Shown here: positions 1 to 10,722 of the stretch, piece after piece
Layout: each line of letters opens with the position of its first letter
Position numbering within the stretch: position 1 is the first letter of the stretch
From: a virus
Taxonomy: Duplodnaviria; Heunggongvirae; Uroviricota; Caudoviricetes
Direction: 5' to 3' (one strand)
Virus record (IMG/VR): IMGVR_UViG_3300033076_000838
Span: 47,836-111,835 of that record
DNA: 64,000 nucleotides
The notes under the pieces: model-generated
The model's database searches: none
Told to the model about the DNA's origin: nothing
Seen by the model: the letters and a program-made list of their open reading frames with translations, nothing else
Made by a program: the position numbers and the translations under genes

Positions 1-1347
1 ATGATTAATATAGTATCAAGAGAACCACAATTATTTTCTCTTTTTGGTAAATCTAAATTTAAACAAATAGAAGTTACTAAGGAGTATAAAATACTAACTC
101 TTACACATGAGGGGAAAGAATATCAAATTAAGTTATTTACTGAATTTGACGAGAATATCATAAATTGGAGTGTAAAAAATAAATTCAATAGTGATATTGC
201 AAATTACGATTTCTTCAATACAAATCAACATTCTATTTTTATTAACCCACCTGAAAATACAACTTTCATTTTAGATAGATGGCAGTTTGTAGGAGTGTGG
301 GTTAAGATATTTAGGGTATATGGTATTGGATTTCTTAAACAACTTGAAAAAATTTATAAAGAACGTAATTGTAGAATTGCGTTTGGTTTAGCATATTTTG
401 AACCTTTGGATTATGAGGTCGACCATTACACTGCGTGTATTCATGATTATGATTTTGATTACATTAAATTGGCAGATTATCCATTATTTGAAGGATTAAA
501 GAATACTAAGGTAAATACATTTTATCAACTTTGGAATTACATTTACGATATTCTTGCTTTTGAAGTTTCACCAAATAACTGGAATCAAATTCTTAATGGT
601 CAAGAAACATTTTATGATTGGTTAGATGGATTGGTTAAACCAGATGAGAATAGAAAAAATGTGTTTGGTATGTTAGGTGGTAAACCTCGTTATCATAGAT
701 TGTATTTTATCAACAAAATAATCGAAACTGGTTTAATTGATAAGGGATATGTAACGATGAATAAATTTTTCTTTGAAGAGTATTCTCAGCAAATAAAAAA
801 TAATAATCCAAATACCGATGGAACTAATTTATTAAAACAAGAAGTTTTTGATTATTGGCATACGGATTTTTACAAACCATTTGAATATTATAATAAAATT
901 CACGACCCATTAGGAGAACACAAACGTTTTGAATACACAACCGAAAATATTGTAAATAAAGAATACAATAATAGTTACATCGAAATTGTAGGTGAAACAC
1001 ATATTCTATTTAATAAATTATTTGATTTTTGGTCTGAAAAAACTTATCACGGATTATTCTTTGAAAAGTTATACATTTCAGTTGGTGCAAATAAATTTTA
1101 TAGAGAGTTTGAAAAAATTGGTGGTCATACATTTATTAAGGAATTAGGAATAAACCCTTTATTTTTAGAAACGGAAGACCCAATTAAACAAATGGATTAT
1201 GTTATTGAAGCATTAGAAAAAATATCTTTGGAAGATGCTAAAACAATTTATTTGGAAAACTTACCAAAAATTAAAGAGAACAAACAAATAATATTGGATT
1301 GGATTTATAATGAAATGGATTATTTCAGAAACTTCATTTTGAATTAA
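1..1347 (+). CDS. Hypothetical protein, TEK-motif (GT10-like C-terminal) family; may be 5'-truncated
   Basis: 448 aa ORF; C-terminal 'YIEIVGETH...SEKTYHGLF' segment resembles the ORFs at 45033 and 49893. Confidence 0.5.
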   Translation: MINIVSREPQLFSLFGKSKFKQIEVTKEYKILTLTHEGKEYQIKLFTEFDENIINWSVKNKFNSDIANYDFFNTNQHSIFINPPENTTFILDRWQFVGVWVKIFRVYGIGFLKQLEKIYKERNCRIAFGLAYFEPLDYEVDHYTACIHDYDFDYIKLADYPLFEGLKNTKVNTFYQLWNYIYDILAFEVSPNNWNQILNGQETFYDWLDGLVKPDENRKNVFGMLGGKPRYHRLYFINKIIETGLIDKGYVTMNKFFFEEYSQQIKNNNPNTDGTNLLKQEVFDYWHTDFYKPFEYYNKIHDPLGEHKRFEYTTENIVNKEYNNSYIEIVGETHILFNKLFDFWSEKTYHGLFFEKLYISVGANKFYREFEKIGGHTFIKELGINPLFLETEDPIKQMDYVIEALEKISLEDAKTIYLENLPKIKENKQIILDWIYNEMDYFRNFILN

Positions 1348-1401
1348 TATTCTTAACAATTTGGTAATATACTTTTAGAATATATACAATATTTATCTAT
1401 A

Positions 1402-1656
1402 ATGACATCAAACGAATTTATATTTTGGTTGAGAGGTTTTACAAAAGGAGTGAATGGTTCTAATATCACTCCAACTCAATGGTCACATATTACGAATATG
1501 TTAGACACAGTCGAATCTGGTACTGAATGGAAACCAGAGTACGGAACAAATTCCCCAAAACATACAAATTATCCTAATCCACCTTACACAACTGGTGGAG
1601 CAGATGATTTCATGCCTACAAGGGAATTATTGAATTCCAATTTTACGAATAAATAG
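1402..1656 (+). CDS. Hypothetical protein
   Basis: 84 aa ORF, ATG 4 nt after a TATTTATC motif. Confidence 0.6.
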   Translation: MTSNEFIFWLRGFTKGVNGSNITPTQWSHITNMLDTVESGTEWKPEYGTNSPKHTNYPNPPYTTGGADDFMPTRELLNSNFTNK

Positions 1657-1733
1657 GGGAAACCCTTTTATTATAAGTTTGAGAAAATCTCAAATGGTTT
1701 ATTATTTTTTTTAACAACAAAAAAAGGACAATT

Positions 1734-4700
1734 ATGAAAAAACTGATTTTATCGTTAATTTTCGCAATGACCTCGTTTTTAGGATTTAGTCAGATTACTA
1801 CTTCCTCTATTTCGGGTGTTGTGAAGAACGAGAAAAATGAAGTGTTGGTAGGTGCTACGATTCACGCAGTACATACCCCAACTGGTACGCAGTACAACGC
1901 TGTGACCAACAAAAATGGTGCATATGTTTTACCTGCGATTAGAGTAGGTGGACCATATACATTACACACTACTTATGTAGGGTACAAAAAAGATGAAATT
2001 AAAGATGTAAATACTCAATTGGGTATTACTACAAACGTTGATTTTATCTTAGTTGATGAAACTACTACATTAAAAGAAGTGGTGGTAAGTGCCGGTAGAA
2101 ATAACATTATATCAAGGGAAAGAACCGGAGCATCACAACAATTCAGTAGAAGAGATTTACAAAATATCCCTATTACTGGTGCAAGAACAATCGATGGTAT
2201 TACAAAATACAATCCAAACGGAAACGGAAACTCATTCGGAGCACAAGATTCTCGTTTGAATAACTTTACAATTGATGGTTCACAATTCAATAATGGATTT
2301 GGTTTAGGTTCATCTGCACAAGCGGGTGGTAGAACCGGAGCATCTGCTATTTCATTAGATGCAATCGAACAACTTCAAGTTAATATTGCTCCATTTGATA
2401 TTCGTCAATCAGGATTTACTGGTGCTGGTATCAACGCAGTAACAAGAAGTGGTACAAACGAAATCGAAGGTTCGGTATATCAAACACAAAGAGATAATTC
2501 ATCTACATATGTGGGTGATAATGCTAGAGGAACGAAAGTAACCGCAGCTAAATTTGATGAAAAAGTACAAGGATTCAGATTAGGTGCACCAATCATTAAG
2601 AACAAATTGTTTATCTTTGGAAACTACGAACAAATTGAAAAAACTGAACCAGGTACAACATGGATTTCAACAGGTTCTCCATTAACAGGTTCTCAAGTTA
2701 GTAGACCAACTTATACACAACTATCAGACTTATCTAAATTTATGCAAGATAAGTTTAATTACACAACTGGTCCATTTGAAGGATATTCTAACACAAACGC
2801 TTCTAAGAAATTCTTAGTTCGTATGGATTGGAACATTAACGATAAACATAAATTAACAGCTCGTTATGTACAACATGATTCTGAAGCAGAGATTAATATT
2901 TCAAACTCTACATCAGCAGGTTTCGGTAATAGAACAACTTCTGCATTGGCAATGAGTTTCCAAAATAGTGGTTATATCATTATGGATAATACTCGTTCTT
3001 ATGTATTAGAATTGAACTCTAAATTATCAAACACTTTACATAATAACTTAATTGTTGGTTATGATAAACAAATTGAGGATAGAGCATATCGTTCTCAAAT
3101 GTTCCCAACGATTGATATTAAGGATGGTGCAACAACTCTTACATCAGTAGGATTTGACCCATTCACACCGGGAAATAAATTAGATTACAATACTTTCCAT
3201 ATTACAAACAACTTAACAAAGTATGCAAACAAACACACTTTGACATTTGGTTTTAACTATGAGAAATACCAATCTAATAACTTATTCTTCCCAGCATCTA
3301 ATGGTGTTTACATTTTCAATAGTTTAGCAGATTTCTACACTGCAGCTAATCAATCATTAGCAAATGGTGGAGCACCTTCAACATTAGTTCCTGCTCGTTT
3401 CCAATTCCGTTATTCGGCATTACCGGGAGCGGTTGACCCAATGCAAACTTTGAAAACTGATAGATTAGATATTTACGGACAAGATGAGTATCAGGCAACT
3501 GAAAACTTAAAATTCACATTAGGTTTAAGAGCAGCAATTGTTTCATTCGAACAAACTGCATTAGAAAATCCTGCAGTAACAGCAATGACATTTGCAGGCG
3601 GATTGAAATTTAACACAGGTGTATTACCAAAAACACAAACTTTGTTAGAACCTCGTTTTGGATTTAACTATGATGTATTTGGTGATAGAAAAACTCAATT
3701 AAGAGGTGGTAGTGGTGTATTTACCGGCAGACCTCCATATGTGTTTATTTCTAACCAAGTGGGTAATAATGGTGTGTTGACAGGATATATTGATGTGAGT
3801 GGTTCAGCTGCAACTAAATATGGTTTTACTGCTGACCCTAACAAATACTTTATCCCATCAACTCCAACTTTACCATCAACATTTGATTTAGCATTTACGG
3901 AAGAGAATTATAAGTTCCCACAAGTTTGGAAAACAAATATCGCAATTGACCAAAAATTACCATTCGGATTTATTGGTACTGCTGAATTTATTACAAACAA
4001 AAACTTAAATGCGGTTCATTATTACAACGCAAACTTTGGTGTACCAACTGGTATTTTCGCAGGTGTTGATACAAGAGCAAAGTATGCAGGAACTGATGCA
4101 GGTGTTAGAGTAAATGGTAACGTTTCAAACGCTATTGTATTAGCAAATTCAAATGATACTTACTTCAACTCATTAACTTTGAAATTAGAATATCCGTATC
4201 AAAAGGGTGTATTTGGTTCATTTGCATGGACAACATCAACTGCACAAGATTATTTAAGTGCAGGTTCAATTGCTAGTGGTTCTTGGACTGGTGCAAGAAG
4301 TGTAAATGGTAATAATAGTTTATCTCTTTCTAATTCAGATTTCTTATCTCCAAATCGTTTAGTAGGTTTGTTAGGATATAGATTAGAATATGGTAAAGGA
4401 TATGGTGGGGCGACTTCATTCACATTAGGTTATGTAGGAAATCAGGGTAATCCGTTCTCTTACACAATCGGTGGTGATATGAATGGTGATAGAATTTCAA
4501 ATAACGATTTAATCTTCGTACCAAACAAAGGTTCTGATATTAAATTCGCACCATTAGTAGTAGGTACAAGAACTTACACACAAGAAGAACAACAAGCAGC
4601 ATTTGATGCTTACATCGGACAAGATGAGTACTTATCTACTCGTAGAGGTCAATACGCTGAAAGAAATGGTTCATTTTTACCTTACTTACATAGATTTGAT

Positions 4701-5003
4701 TTATCGGTAGTACAAGACATTTATGTAAATGTTAAAGGTAAAAAGAATACAATTCAAATCAGAGCTGATATTTTGAACTTCGGTAATTTATTAAATAATG
4801 AGTGGGGAGTTTCTCAAAGAGCAACTATTCCAACTATCTTAAACTATTCAACTACAACAAATGGTGAACCAGTTTATAAGTTAGCAACTCAAAAATTAGC
4901 AGATGGTTCTACTATCTTAGCTAAAGATACTTACCAATACAATTCATCAGTATTTGATGTATGGAGTGCTCAATTGGGTATTCGTTATATCTTTGGTAGA
5001 TAA
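1734..5003 (+). CDS. TonB-dependent receptor, Oar-like (carboxypeptidase-regulatory N-domain + plug + beta-barrel)
   Basis: Signal peptide ending GFS-Q; 'ISGVVKNEKNEVLVGATIHAVH' N-domain; 'TLKEVVVSA' TonB-box region; plug 'NNFTIDG...AISLDAIEQLQVNIAPFD...INAVTRSGTN'; C-terminal 'LGIRYIF'. Confidence 0.9.
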   Translation: MKKLILSLIFAMTSFLGFSQITTSSISGVVKNEKNEVLVGATIHAVHTPTGTQYNAVTNKNGAYVLPAIRVGGPYTLHTTYVGYKKDEIKDVNTQLGITTNVDFILVDETTTLKEVVVSAGRNNIISRERTGASQQFSRRDLQNIPITGARTIDGITKYNPNGNGNSFGAQDSRLNNFTIDGSQFNNGFGLGSSAQAGGRTGASAISLDAIEQLQVNIAPFDIRQSGFTGAGINAVTRSGTNEIEGSVYQTQRDNSSTYVGDNARGTKVTAAKFDEKVQGFRLGAPIIKNKLFIFGNYEQIEKTEPGTTWISTGSPLTGSQVSRPTYTQLSDLSKFMQDKFNYTTGPFEGYSNTNASKKFLVRMDWNINDKHKLTARYVQHDSEAEINISNSTSAGFGNRTTSALAMSFQNSGYIIMDNTRSYVLELNSKLSNTLHNNLIVGYDKQIEDRAYRSQMFPTIDIKDGATTLTSVGFDPFTPGNKLDYNTFHITNNLTKYANKHTLTFGFNYEKYQSNNLFFPASNGVYIFNSLADFYTAANQSLANGGAPSTLVPARFQFRYSALPGAVDPMQTLKTDRLDIYGQDEYQATENLKFTLGLRAAIVSFEQTALENPAVTAMTFAGGLKFNTGVLPKTQTLLEPRFGFNYDVFGDRKTQLRGGSGVFTGRPPYVFISNQVGNNGVLTGYIDVSGSAATKYGFTADPNKYFIPSTPTLPSTFDLAFTEENYKFPQVWKTNIAIDQKLPFGFIGTAEFITNKNLNAVHYYNANFGVPTGIFAGVDTRAKYAGTDAGVRVNGNVSNAIVLANSNDTYFNSLTLKLEYPYQKGVFGSFAWTTSTAQDYLSAGSIASGSWTGARSVNGNNSLSLSNSDFLSPNRLVGLLGYRLEYGKGYGGATSFTLGYVGNQGNPFSYTIGGDMNGDRISNNDLIFVPNKGSDIKFAPLVVGTRTYTQEEQQAAFDAYIGQDEYLSTRRGQYAERNGSFLPYLHRFDLSVVQDIYVNVKGKKNTIQIRADILNFGNLLNNEWGVSQRATIPTILNYSTTTNGEPVYKLATQKLADGSTILAKDTYQYNSSVFDVWSAQLGIRYIFGR

Positions 5004-5024
5004 TACTAAAATAAAACTAAACTT

Positions 5025-5052
5025 AAATGGGAGAAAAATTCTCCCATTTTTG
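5025..5052 (+). terminator. Intrinsic terminator after TBDR
   Basis: AAATGGGAGA-AAAAT-TCTCCCATTT stem-loop running into a T tract. Confidence 0.85.
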
Positions 5053-5084
5053 TTTGGTAATTTCAAAAATATTTTGTATCTTTG
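5053..5084 (+). promoter_or_regulatory. Bacteroidetes-type housekeeping promoter upstream of groL
   Basis: TTTG (5053-5056), 20 nt spacer, TATCTTTG (5077-5084). Confidence 0.8.
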
Positions 5085-5100
5085 TAAAAATAAAAAATAA

Positions 5101-6723
<1,623 letters not shown>

Positions 6724-6745
6724 TTAAAAATAAAAAATAAATAAT

Positions 6746-7693
6746 ATGGCATTTTTTGAAGAAGTAGCAAAAGAAGAAACTAACAATACACTTTGGGTAG
6801 AAAAATATAGACCTAAGAAGTTGCAAGATTATGTGGGTAATGACCACCTAAAACAAAAGATTAGTGATTATATTCAGACAGGTGATGTTCCTCATTTACT
6901 ATTATTTGGTAAAGCAGGTACTGGTAAAACTACACTTGCAAAATTGATAGTAAATTCTATTAATTGTGATTTTATGATTATTAACGCATCAGATGAAAAT
7001 AATGTAGATACTGTCCGTAATAAAGTAAAATCATTTGCTTCTACTATTGGTTTCAAAGATACAAAAATTATCATTTTGGATGAGTTTGATTATATGACTC
7101 CAAACGCACAGGCAATCTTGCGTAACTTAATGGAAACTTTTTCAAAACATTGCCGATTTATTTTGACTTGTAATTATGTTGAAAAAGTAATTGACCCGAT
7201 TCAATCTCGTTGTCAAACCTTCCAAATTGTACCACCTACGAAAAGAGATGTTGCAATTCAGATTAGTAAAATTCTAAATGCAGAAAAAATACAATTTGAA
7301 CCAAAGGAAATTGTTCCAATTGTAGATGCATCATATCCAGATATTCGTAAAATTATCAACACTTGTCAATTAAATTCATCTAAGGGTGTATTGAAAGTTG
7401 ATACAAGTTCAATTTTAGATTCGGATATTAAAGTTAAGGTTGTAGATATTCTTAAATCAAAAGATGATAAACGAAATCGTTATGTAAATTTAAGACAAGC
7501 AGTTGCAGATTCGCGTGTACAAGATTTTACTGAATTATATTCTTATTTATATGAAAAAGTAGATGAGTATGCACAAGGGAATACATCGGCAGTTATTTTA
7601 GAGTTGGCACAAGGACAACATAAAGATGCATTGGTAGTTGATAAGGAAATTTGTTTTATGGCAACCTTAATTGGTATAAACTCAATTTTATAA
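6746..7693 (+). CDS. Sliding-clamp loader AAA+ subunit (T4 gp44 / RFC small subunit-like)
   Basis: 'LWVEKYRP', Walker A GKAGTGKT, Walker B 'IILDEFD', 'QSRC' SRC motif. Confidence 0.92.
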   Translation: MAFFEEVAKEETNNTLWVEKYRPKKLQDYVGNDHLKQKISDYIQTGDVPHLLLFGKAGTGKTTLAKLIVNSINCDFMIINASDENNVDTVRNKVKSFASTIGFKDTKIIILDEFDYMTPNAQAILRNLMETFSKHCRFILTCNYVEKVIDPIQSRCQTFQIVPPTKRDVAIQISKILNAEKIQFEPKEIVPIVDASYPDIRKIINTCQLNSSKGVLKVDTSSILDSDIKVKVVDILKSKDDKRNRYVNLRQAVADSRVQDFTELYSYLYEKVDEYAQGNTSAVILELAQGQHKDALVVDKEICFMATLIGINSIL

Positions 7694-8238
7694 TGAGTAA
7701 AATCATAAATCTATTCGGTGGGCCGGGCATTGGAAAATCTTCAATCGCTTCCGGCCTCACTTATAAACTTAAAAAGAAACACATAACTTGTGATAATCCG
7801 TATGAGTTCCCTAAACAATTAGCATGGGATGAGAACCACCAAGCAATCAAAGACCAATTATATGTTCTTGCTAATCAACATAGAGGTATCGTAAAAAGTT
7901 TTGGTAAAGTAGATTATATTATCTTAGATTCACCAATTCTATTATCATTAGTTTATCGTTCAGCATATACTGGTTTAGAGTATCCAGCAACCTTATATGG
8001 AGAGTCTTTTGATAAAATGGTATTAGATATACATAATCAGTATGATTCCCTAAATATCGTTTTAAAACGAACGGAAGGTGGGTATAATGAGAAAGAGCGA
8101 TACCAATCATTAGATGAATCAAAAGAATTGGATAAACGTATTGAAGATATATTAGTAAAAAATAATATATCATACAATATAGTATCGGTTGGTGATAAGA
8201 CAGTAGATGATATATTAAAATTATTAAATATATCTTAA
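7693..8238 (+). CDS. P-loop NTPase/kinase (AAA_28/NadR-like)
   Basis: 'LFGGPGIGKS' Walker A and 'IILDSPILLS'; start reassigned to ATG 7693. Confidence 0.75.
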   Translation: MSKIINLFGGPGIGKSSIASGLTYKLKKKHITCDNPYEFPKQLAWDENHQAIKDQLYVLANQHRGIVKSFGKVDYIILDSPILLSLVYRSAYTGLEYPATLYGESFDKMVLDIHNQYDSLNIVLKRTEGGYNEKERYQSLDESKELDKRIEDILVKNNISYNIVSVGDKTVDDILKLLNIS

Positions 8239-8244
8239 ATAAGA

Positions 8245-8276
8245 TTTGGTAATATGGAATATATTTCGTATATTTG
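8245..8276 (+). promoter_or_regulatory. Bacteroidetes-type promoter
   Basis: TTTG 8245-8248, 20 nt spacer, TATATTTG 8269-8276. Confidence 0.75.
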
Positions 8277-8294
8277 GGTATAAAACTAAATGAT

Positions 8295-8504
8295 ATGATA
8301 GTATATGACCCCAAAAACCCCTTAACTGATGATGATTTAAAAGGATTATCAGAAGAAGACCTTTTCTCTTACTTAGACCAATTAGCATTACATAAACGTA
8401 AAGATACTAAGGTGGTAGGTGAGTGGAAAAAGAAAGGCCACGATATTCTTAGAAAAAGTGGTGTAAAAAATGTAAAAACGAACCGAAGACAATGGTTCGA
8501 CTAA
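8295..8504 (+). CDS. Hypothetical protein
   Basis: ORF downstream of the promoter; first in-frame ATG after the -7 box is 8295. Confidence 0.6.
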   Translation: MIVYDPKNPLTDDDLKGLSEEDLFSYLDQLALHKRKDTKVVGEWKKKGHDILRKSGVKNVKTNRRQWFD

Positions 8505-8521
8505 AATCAAAAATAAAACAT

Positions 8522-8827
8522 ATGTCAAACGAACAATTAGCAAAACCATTAGGAGATAGAGTCCTAATCGAAGTAGAAGTAAAAGAAAAGACCGTTGGTG
8601 GAATTATTATACCAGATACTGTCAGAGATGGTGAAAATCAAATTGGAGTAGTAGTTTCAGTTGGTAATGGTATTTATACACAATCAGGTACAAGAATTCC
8701 TATGGAAGTAGAAGTAGGTGATAAGGTAATGTTACCTGCAGGTGGTATGAGTTTGCGTAAAATTAAATTAGGTGATAAGGAATATTATCTATGTAGAGAG
8801 ATGGATTTAGAAATGATTATAAAATAA
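8522..8827 (+). CDS. groS: Co-chaperonin GroES
   Basis: 'KPLGDRVLIE', mobile loop 'EKTVGGIIIPD', 'VVSVGNG', 'VEVGDKV'. Confidence 0.92.
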   Translation: MSNEQLAKPLGDRVLIEVEVKEKTVGGIIIPDTVRDGENQIGVVVSVGNGIYTQSGTRIPMEVEVGDKVMLPAGGMSLRKIKLGDKEYYLCREMDLEMIIK

Positions 8828-8833
8828 TAAAAT

Positions 8834-9109
8834 ATGGCAAATATATTAGGTCAACCACAACCAAAACAAAAAGTAGATATTTCAAATTCAGTTCCAATGA
8901 CATGTCCTAATTGTGGATATGATGTTTTCATTAGTGGAACGAAATTTAGAAAATTATCTAAATTAGCATTCGGTGGTGAGCAAGATATGGTTATTCCATT
9001 TGAAGTATTAGTATGTGGAGAATGTGGCGAAGTAAATAATGAAATGTCTGCAATAGAACTACAAGCATTAGAACATAAAGATAAATTAAGTAAAGAACAA
9101 AATGGGTAA
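8834..9109 (+). CDS. Zinc-ribbon protein
   Basis: CPNCG ... CGECG cysteine pairs. Confidence 0.65.
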   Translation: MANILGQPQPKQKVDISNSVPMTCPNCGYDVFISGTKFRKLSKLAFGGEQDMVIPFEVLVCGECGEVNNEMSAIELQALEHKDKLSKEQNG

Positions 9110-9551
9110 ATCTCTTTTTGACCATATCAAAGCAATTACATCTGAACAAGACCCAAAATATTGGGATAAGTTAGATGAAGCAGATAAAAAAACCTGGTCT
9201 AACTATATGGTACATAGATTTCTTTCTATGAACCCAGATTGGATACAATTTCTTTCAGAATTACAACCTTATACACAAACATTAGAGCCAAAACAATTGT
9301 ATTTGGCTCTAATTGGTATTTTACCAAAAGGAAAATATTACTTACGTTATGTTAAGGGTAAAAAAGAAGATGCATACGAAAAATGGTTAGTGGAATTGAT
9401 AATAAAAGATTACCAATGTTCTAAATTTCAGGCAGAAGAATACTTAGAAATTTTATACGCAACAAAAGAAGGTAAAGAACATATAAAATACATATGTGAA
9501 AAATATGGTATAGAAACCAAAGAAATAACTAAATTAAAACTCAAAGTTTAA
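9102..9551 (+). CDS. Clamp loader A subunit (T4 gp62-like)
   Basis: 'WSNYMVHRFLS...ILPKGKYYLRYVK...A.EY..IL' pattern recalls gp62; near the gp44-like gene. Confidence 0.6.
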   Translation: MGKSLFDHIKAITSEQDPKYWDKLDEADKKTWSNYMVHRFLSMNPDWIQFLSELQPYTQTLEPKQLYLALIGILPKGKYYLRYVKGKKEDAYEKWLVELIIKDYQCSKFQAEEYLEILYATKEGKEHIKYICEKYGIETKEITKLKLKV

Positions 9552-9583
9552 TTTGGAAATATCAGATATTTTTCGTATATTTG
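9552..9583 (+). promoter_or_regulatory. Bacteroidetes-type promoter
   Basis: TTTG 9552-9555, 20 nt spacer, TATATTTG 9576-9583. Confidence 0.75.
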
Positions 9584-9602
9584 ATATATAAAAAGATAAT
9601 AA

Positions 9603-10460
9603 ATGGCAAGAGTAAGTTATAGTCAGTATGGAATGTGGACAAGTTGTCAACAACAATTCAAACTAAGTTATATTGATAAGTTAGGTGAATCATCTGCAAA
9701 TATCCATACAATATTTGGTTCGGCAATGCATGAAACCATTCAACATTTTCTATCCGTAATGTATGGAGTTACAAAAAAACAAGCATTGGAATTAGACCTT
9801 GAACTTATGTTAAAAGATAAGTTGGTAGAACATTTTACTACTGAAAAGGCTAAAATGACAGAAGGAACTCCATGTGAGAAAGAAGAGTTAGAAGAATTCT
9901 TTGGGGATGGTAGACAAATCTTACAATACTTTAAATCTAAATTAGATAAACTTTACACTAAAAGTGGGTTTGAATTAGTATCAATCGAATTACCCCTAAA
10001 CGCAGAGGTTAGACCTGGCGTTAATTTTGTTGGGTTTATTGATATTGTATTAAAAGATATTTCATCTGGTGATATTATTATTATTGACCTTAAAACATCT
10101 ACACGAGGTTGGAGTGATTCACAAAAATCCGATAAGGTTAAAACTTCACAAATGTTGTTGTATAAAAAGTTCTATTCAGAAAAATACAACGTTCCCTTAG
10201 ATAAAATCAAAGTAGAATATCAAATTCTAAAACGTAAAATTAGTGAGAAAGCTGATTTTGTAATCCCACGTATTTCTAAGTTTGTTCCACCAAATGGTAA
10301 ACCATCGGTAAATAACGCTTGGAAGGGATTTATGGAGTTTGTTGATTCGGTATATGATGAAGAGGGTAAAGTAAAACAAACGGATTTCCCCACAAATAAA
10401 TCCAAATCATGTGATTGGTGTGAATTCAAAGCACGAAAAATATGTCCTATTTGGCAATAA
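9603..10460 (+). CDS. PD-(D/E)XK nuclease (RecB/Cas4-like exonuclease)
   Basis: 'GFID...IIDLKTS' catalytic motif, 'QMLLY', N-terminal C and C-terminal 'CDWCEFK..C'. Confidence 0.85.
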   Translation: MARVSYSQYGMWTSCQQQFKLSYIDKLGESSANIHTIFGSAMHETIQHFLSVMYGVTKKQALELDLELMLKDKLVEHFTTEKAKMTEGTPCEKEELEEFFGDGRQILQYFKSKLDKLYTKSGFELVSIELPLNAEVRPGVNFVGFIDIVLKDISSGDIIIIDLKTSTRGWSDSQKSDKVKTSQMLLYKKFYSEKYNVPLDKIKVEYQILKRKISEKADFVIPRISKFVPPNGKPSVNNAWKGFMEFVDSVYDEEGKVKQTDFPTNKSKSCDWCEFKARKICPIWQ

Positions 10461-10517
10461 TTTTTTCTTTTTTATATATTTGTATATATTTATACATAAA
10501 CATAAAAGGAGAGAGTT

Positions 10518-10712
10518 ATGACCCACACAAAACTAACGACAGTAAAAATCGTAAAAGATGTTTACTCAAAATTCAAACAACTTTCGTTTGATTCTAACAT
10601 TACACTACAAAAATTAGTGAATCGTTCCATCAACAAATATATAGAGGACGAAACTTTTAGAACTGAAATCAACGAATATTCCGAACTACACACTAGTGGT
10701 TCACAATTTTAA
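10518..10712 (+). CDS. Small DNA-binding protein (ribbon-helix-helix-like)
   Basis: 'LTTVKIVKDVYSKFKQLS...LQKLVNRSINKY' beta-alpha-alpha pattern. Confidence 0.55.
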   Translation: MTHTKLTTVKIVKDVYSKFKQLSFDSNITLQKLVNRSINKYIEDETFRTEINEYSELHTSGSQF

Positions 10713-10722
10713 TTTTATTTAA

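Noticed and set aside
1360-1391. Bacteroidetes promoter upstream of ORF 1402
   Set aside because: TTTGG present but no TAnnTT(T/A)G at the 20 nt spacing
1648-1700. Two hairpins upstream of the TonB receptor (AGGG-GAAA-CCCT; TTTGAG-AAAAT-CTCAAA) as a TPP or cobalamin riboswitch
   Set aside because: Conserved riboswitch core nucleotides not found; too short and AT-rich; more likely terminator or stability hairpins
9603-10460. Cas4-like nuclease as sign of a CRISPR system
   Set aside because: No repeat-spacer array or other cas genes seen in the window; solo PD-(D/E)XK exonucleases are ordinary phage replication/recombination genes
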